This document shows positions 63,101-64,000 of a stretch of DNA of 64,000 nucleotides, piece after piece (position 1 is the first letter of the stretch; each line of letters starts with the position of its first letter). The DNA is from Diadema antillarum (taxonomy: Eukaryota). Under the pieces are notes generated by a model. That model made no database searches. It was given only the letters and a program-made list of their open reading frames with translations, and had not been told where the DNA came from. The position numbers and the translations under genes were made by a program. The DNA is taken from contig NW_027271305.1 in NCBI RefSeq assembly GCF_040938485.1, forward strand, positions 434,001-498,000, in the 5' to 3' direction.

Positions 63101-64000
63101 TCTTCTTCAGCATGATGCTTAAACGGACCACGAATGACCTCGGTGACGAGGACGGCATTTACATTCGATACCGCACCGATGGTAGCCTGTTCAACTTACG
63201 ACGTCTACAGGCCCACACCAAGACTGTAGAGCAACTGATTCGAGAGCTACTTTTTGCCGATGATGCTGCCCTCGTAACCCATACAGAGGCTGCCCTGCAA
63301 CGTGTAACATCCTGCTTTGCAGAGACATCTCAGCTCTTTGGTCTCGAAGTCAGCCTGAAGAAGACAGAGGTTCTCCATCAGCCTGCCCCCCAGGAAGCGT
63401 ATTGCCCACCCCACATTACAATCTGTGAGAAAGAATTGAAGGCAGTCAAACAGTTCACCTACCTGGGATGTATCATCTCCTCTGATGCAAAAATCAACAA
63501 GGAAGTGGATAATAGACTGGCAAAGGCTAATAGTGCTTTTGGCAGACTCCACAGACGTGTCTGGAAAAACAAGCACCTCAAGAAAGTCACAAAGATCAGT
63601 GTTTACAGAGCTGCGGTACTTACCACCCTCCTGTATGGCTCTGAGTCCTGGGTCACTTACAGACACCACCTACGACTCCTGGAACGTTTCCACCAACGAT
63701 GTCTGCGCTCTATCCTCAACATCCATTGGAGCGACTACATCACAAACGTGGATGTGCTTCAACAAGCAGGGATCACCAGTGTCGAGGCCATGCTGTTGAA
63801 AACGCAGTTGCGATGGGCAGGGCACGTCACGAGAATGGAGGATCACCGTCTACCCAAGATCACTCTCTATGGTGAACTCTCCACTGGGCACCGTAACAGA
63901 GGAGCACCAAAGAAGAGGTACAAAGACTCTCTGAAAAAGTCTCTATCTACCTGCAACATCGACTATCGGCAGTGGTCATCCCTTGCCGCTGACCGAGGGT
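60178..64000 (+). mobile_element. RTE-clade non-LTR retrotransposon, 5' UTR plus ORF, running off the window end
   Basis: About 740-bp GC-richer, structured leader followed by the APE-RT ORF. The 5' boundary is approximate; the 3' end and TSD are outside the window. Confidence 0.9.
60922..64000 (+). CDS. RTE endonuclease (APE) / reverse transcriptase, open for more than 1026 codons
   Basis: Translated by hand in the frame starting at 60922, after TAG at 60919-60921, with no stop to 64000. APE motifs WNIRT, IAALSEVR, SVYAPT, ILGDFNARVG, TDHRLV. RT motifs NYRGITLL, QCGFR, FVDLTKAFD, GVKQGCVLAP, FADD (63253-63264), FTYLG, RWAGHV. Confidence 0.97.

Noticed and set aside
61401-63799. Short alternative-frame and antisense ORFs over the LINE
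   Set aside because: They are by-products of the long RTE ORF, which the track omitted because it has no stop in the window.

Overview
Eukaryotic (metazoan) genomic DNA, AT-rich, spliced and repeat-dense. The repeat families, abundant TAGGCCTA-type motifs and the C-type lectin style suggest an echinoderm, probably a sea urchin; this is inference. I reconstructed four + strand genes by GT-AG and phase-consistent exon joining: (1) cytosolic sulfotransferase A, 4426-7901, 6 exons, 314 aa; (2) a secreted C-type lectin (EPN/WND) plus PAN/Apple protein, 10970-21916, 4 exons, 263 aa, whose sugar-binding exon is missing from the ORF track; (3) paralogous sulfotransferase B, 30390-35787, same 6-exon structure, 312 aa; (4) a long uncharacterised SDS22-like LRR/LRRcap gene, at least 16 exons from 40317, start and end not resolved. 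An RTE-clade LINE with an uninterrupted ORF of more than 1026 codons fills the last 3.8 kb and is also absent from the ORF track. Many non-autonomous TIR elements and a Helentron-type (HINE) element sit in introns and spacers. The most notable points are: both SULTs share non-canonical PAPS-site residues (TYSKSG, and SKG in place of RKG); an apparent gene-conversion tract in SULT exon 2; an in-frame skippable lectin EPN/WND exon; an unclassified 2.75-kb TIR element with perfect hairpin arrays and a 4-bp TSD; and a sharp CpG-depletion boundary near 40 kb. I found no rRNA, intact tRNA or CRISPR array. All counts were made by eye.
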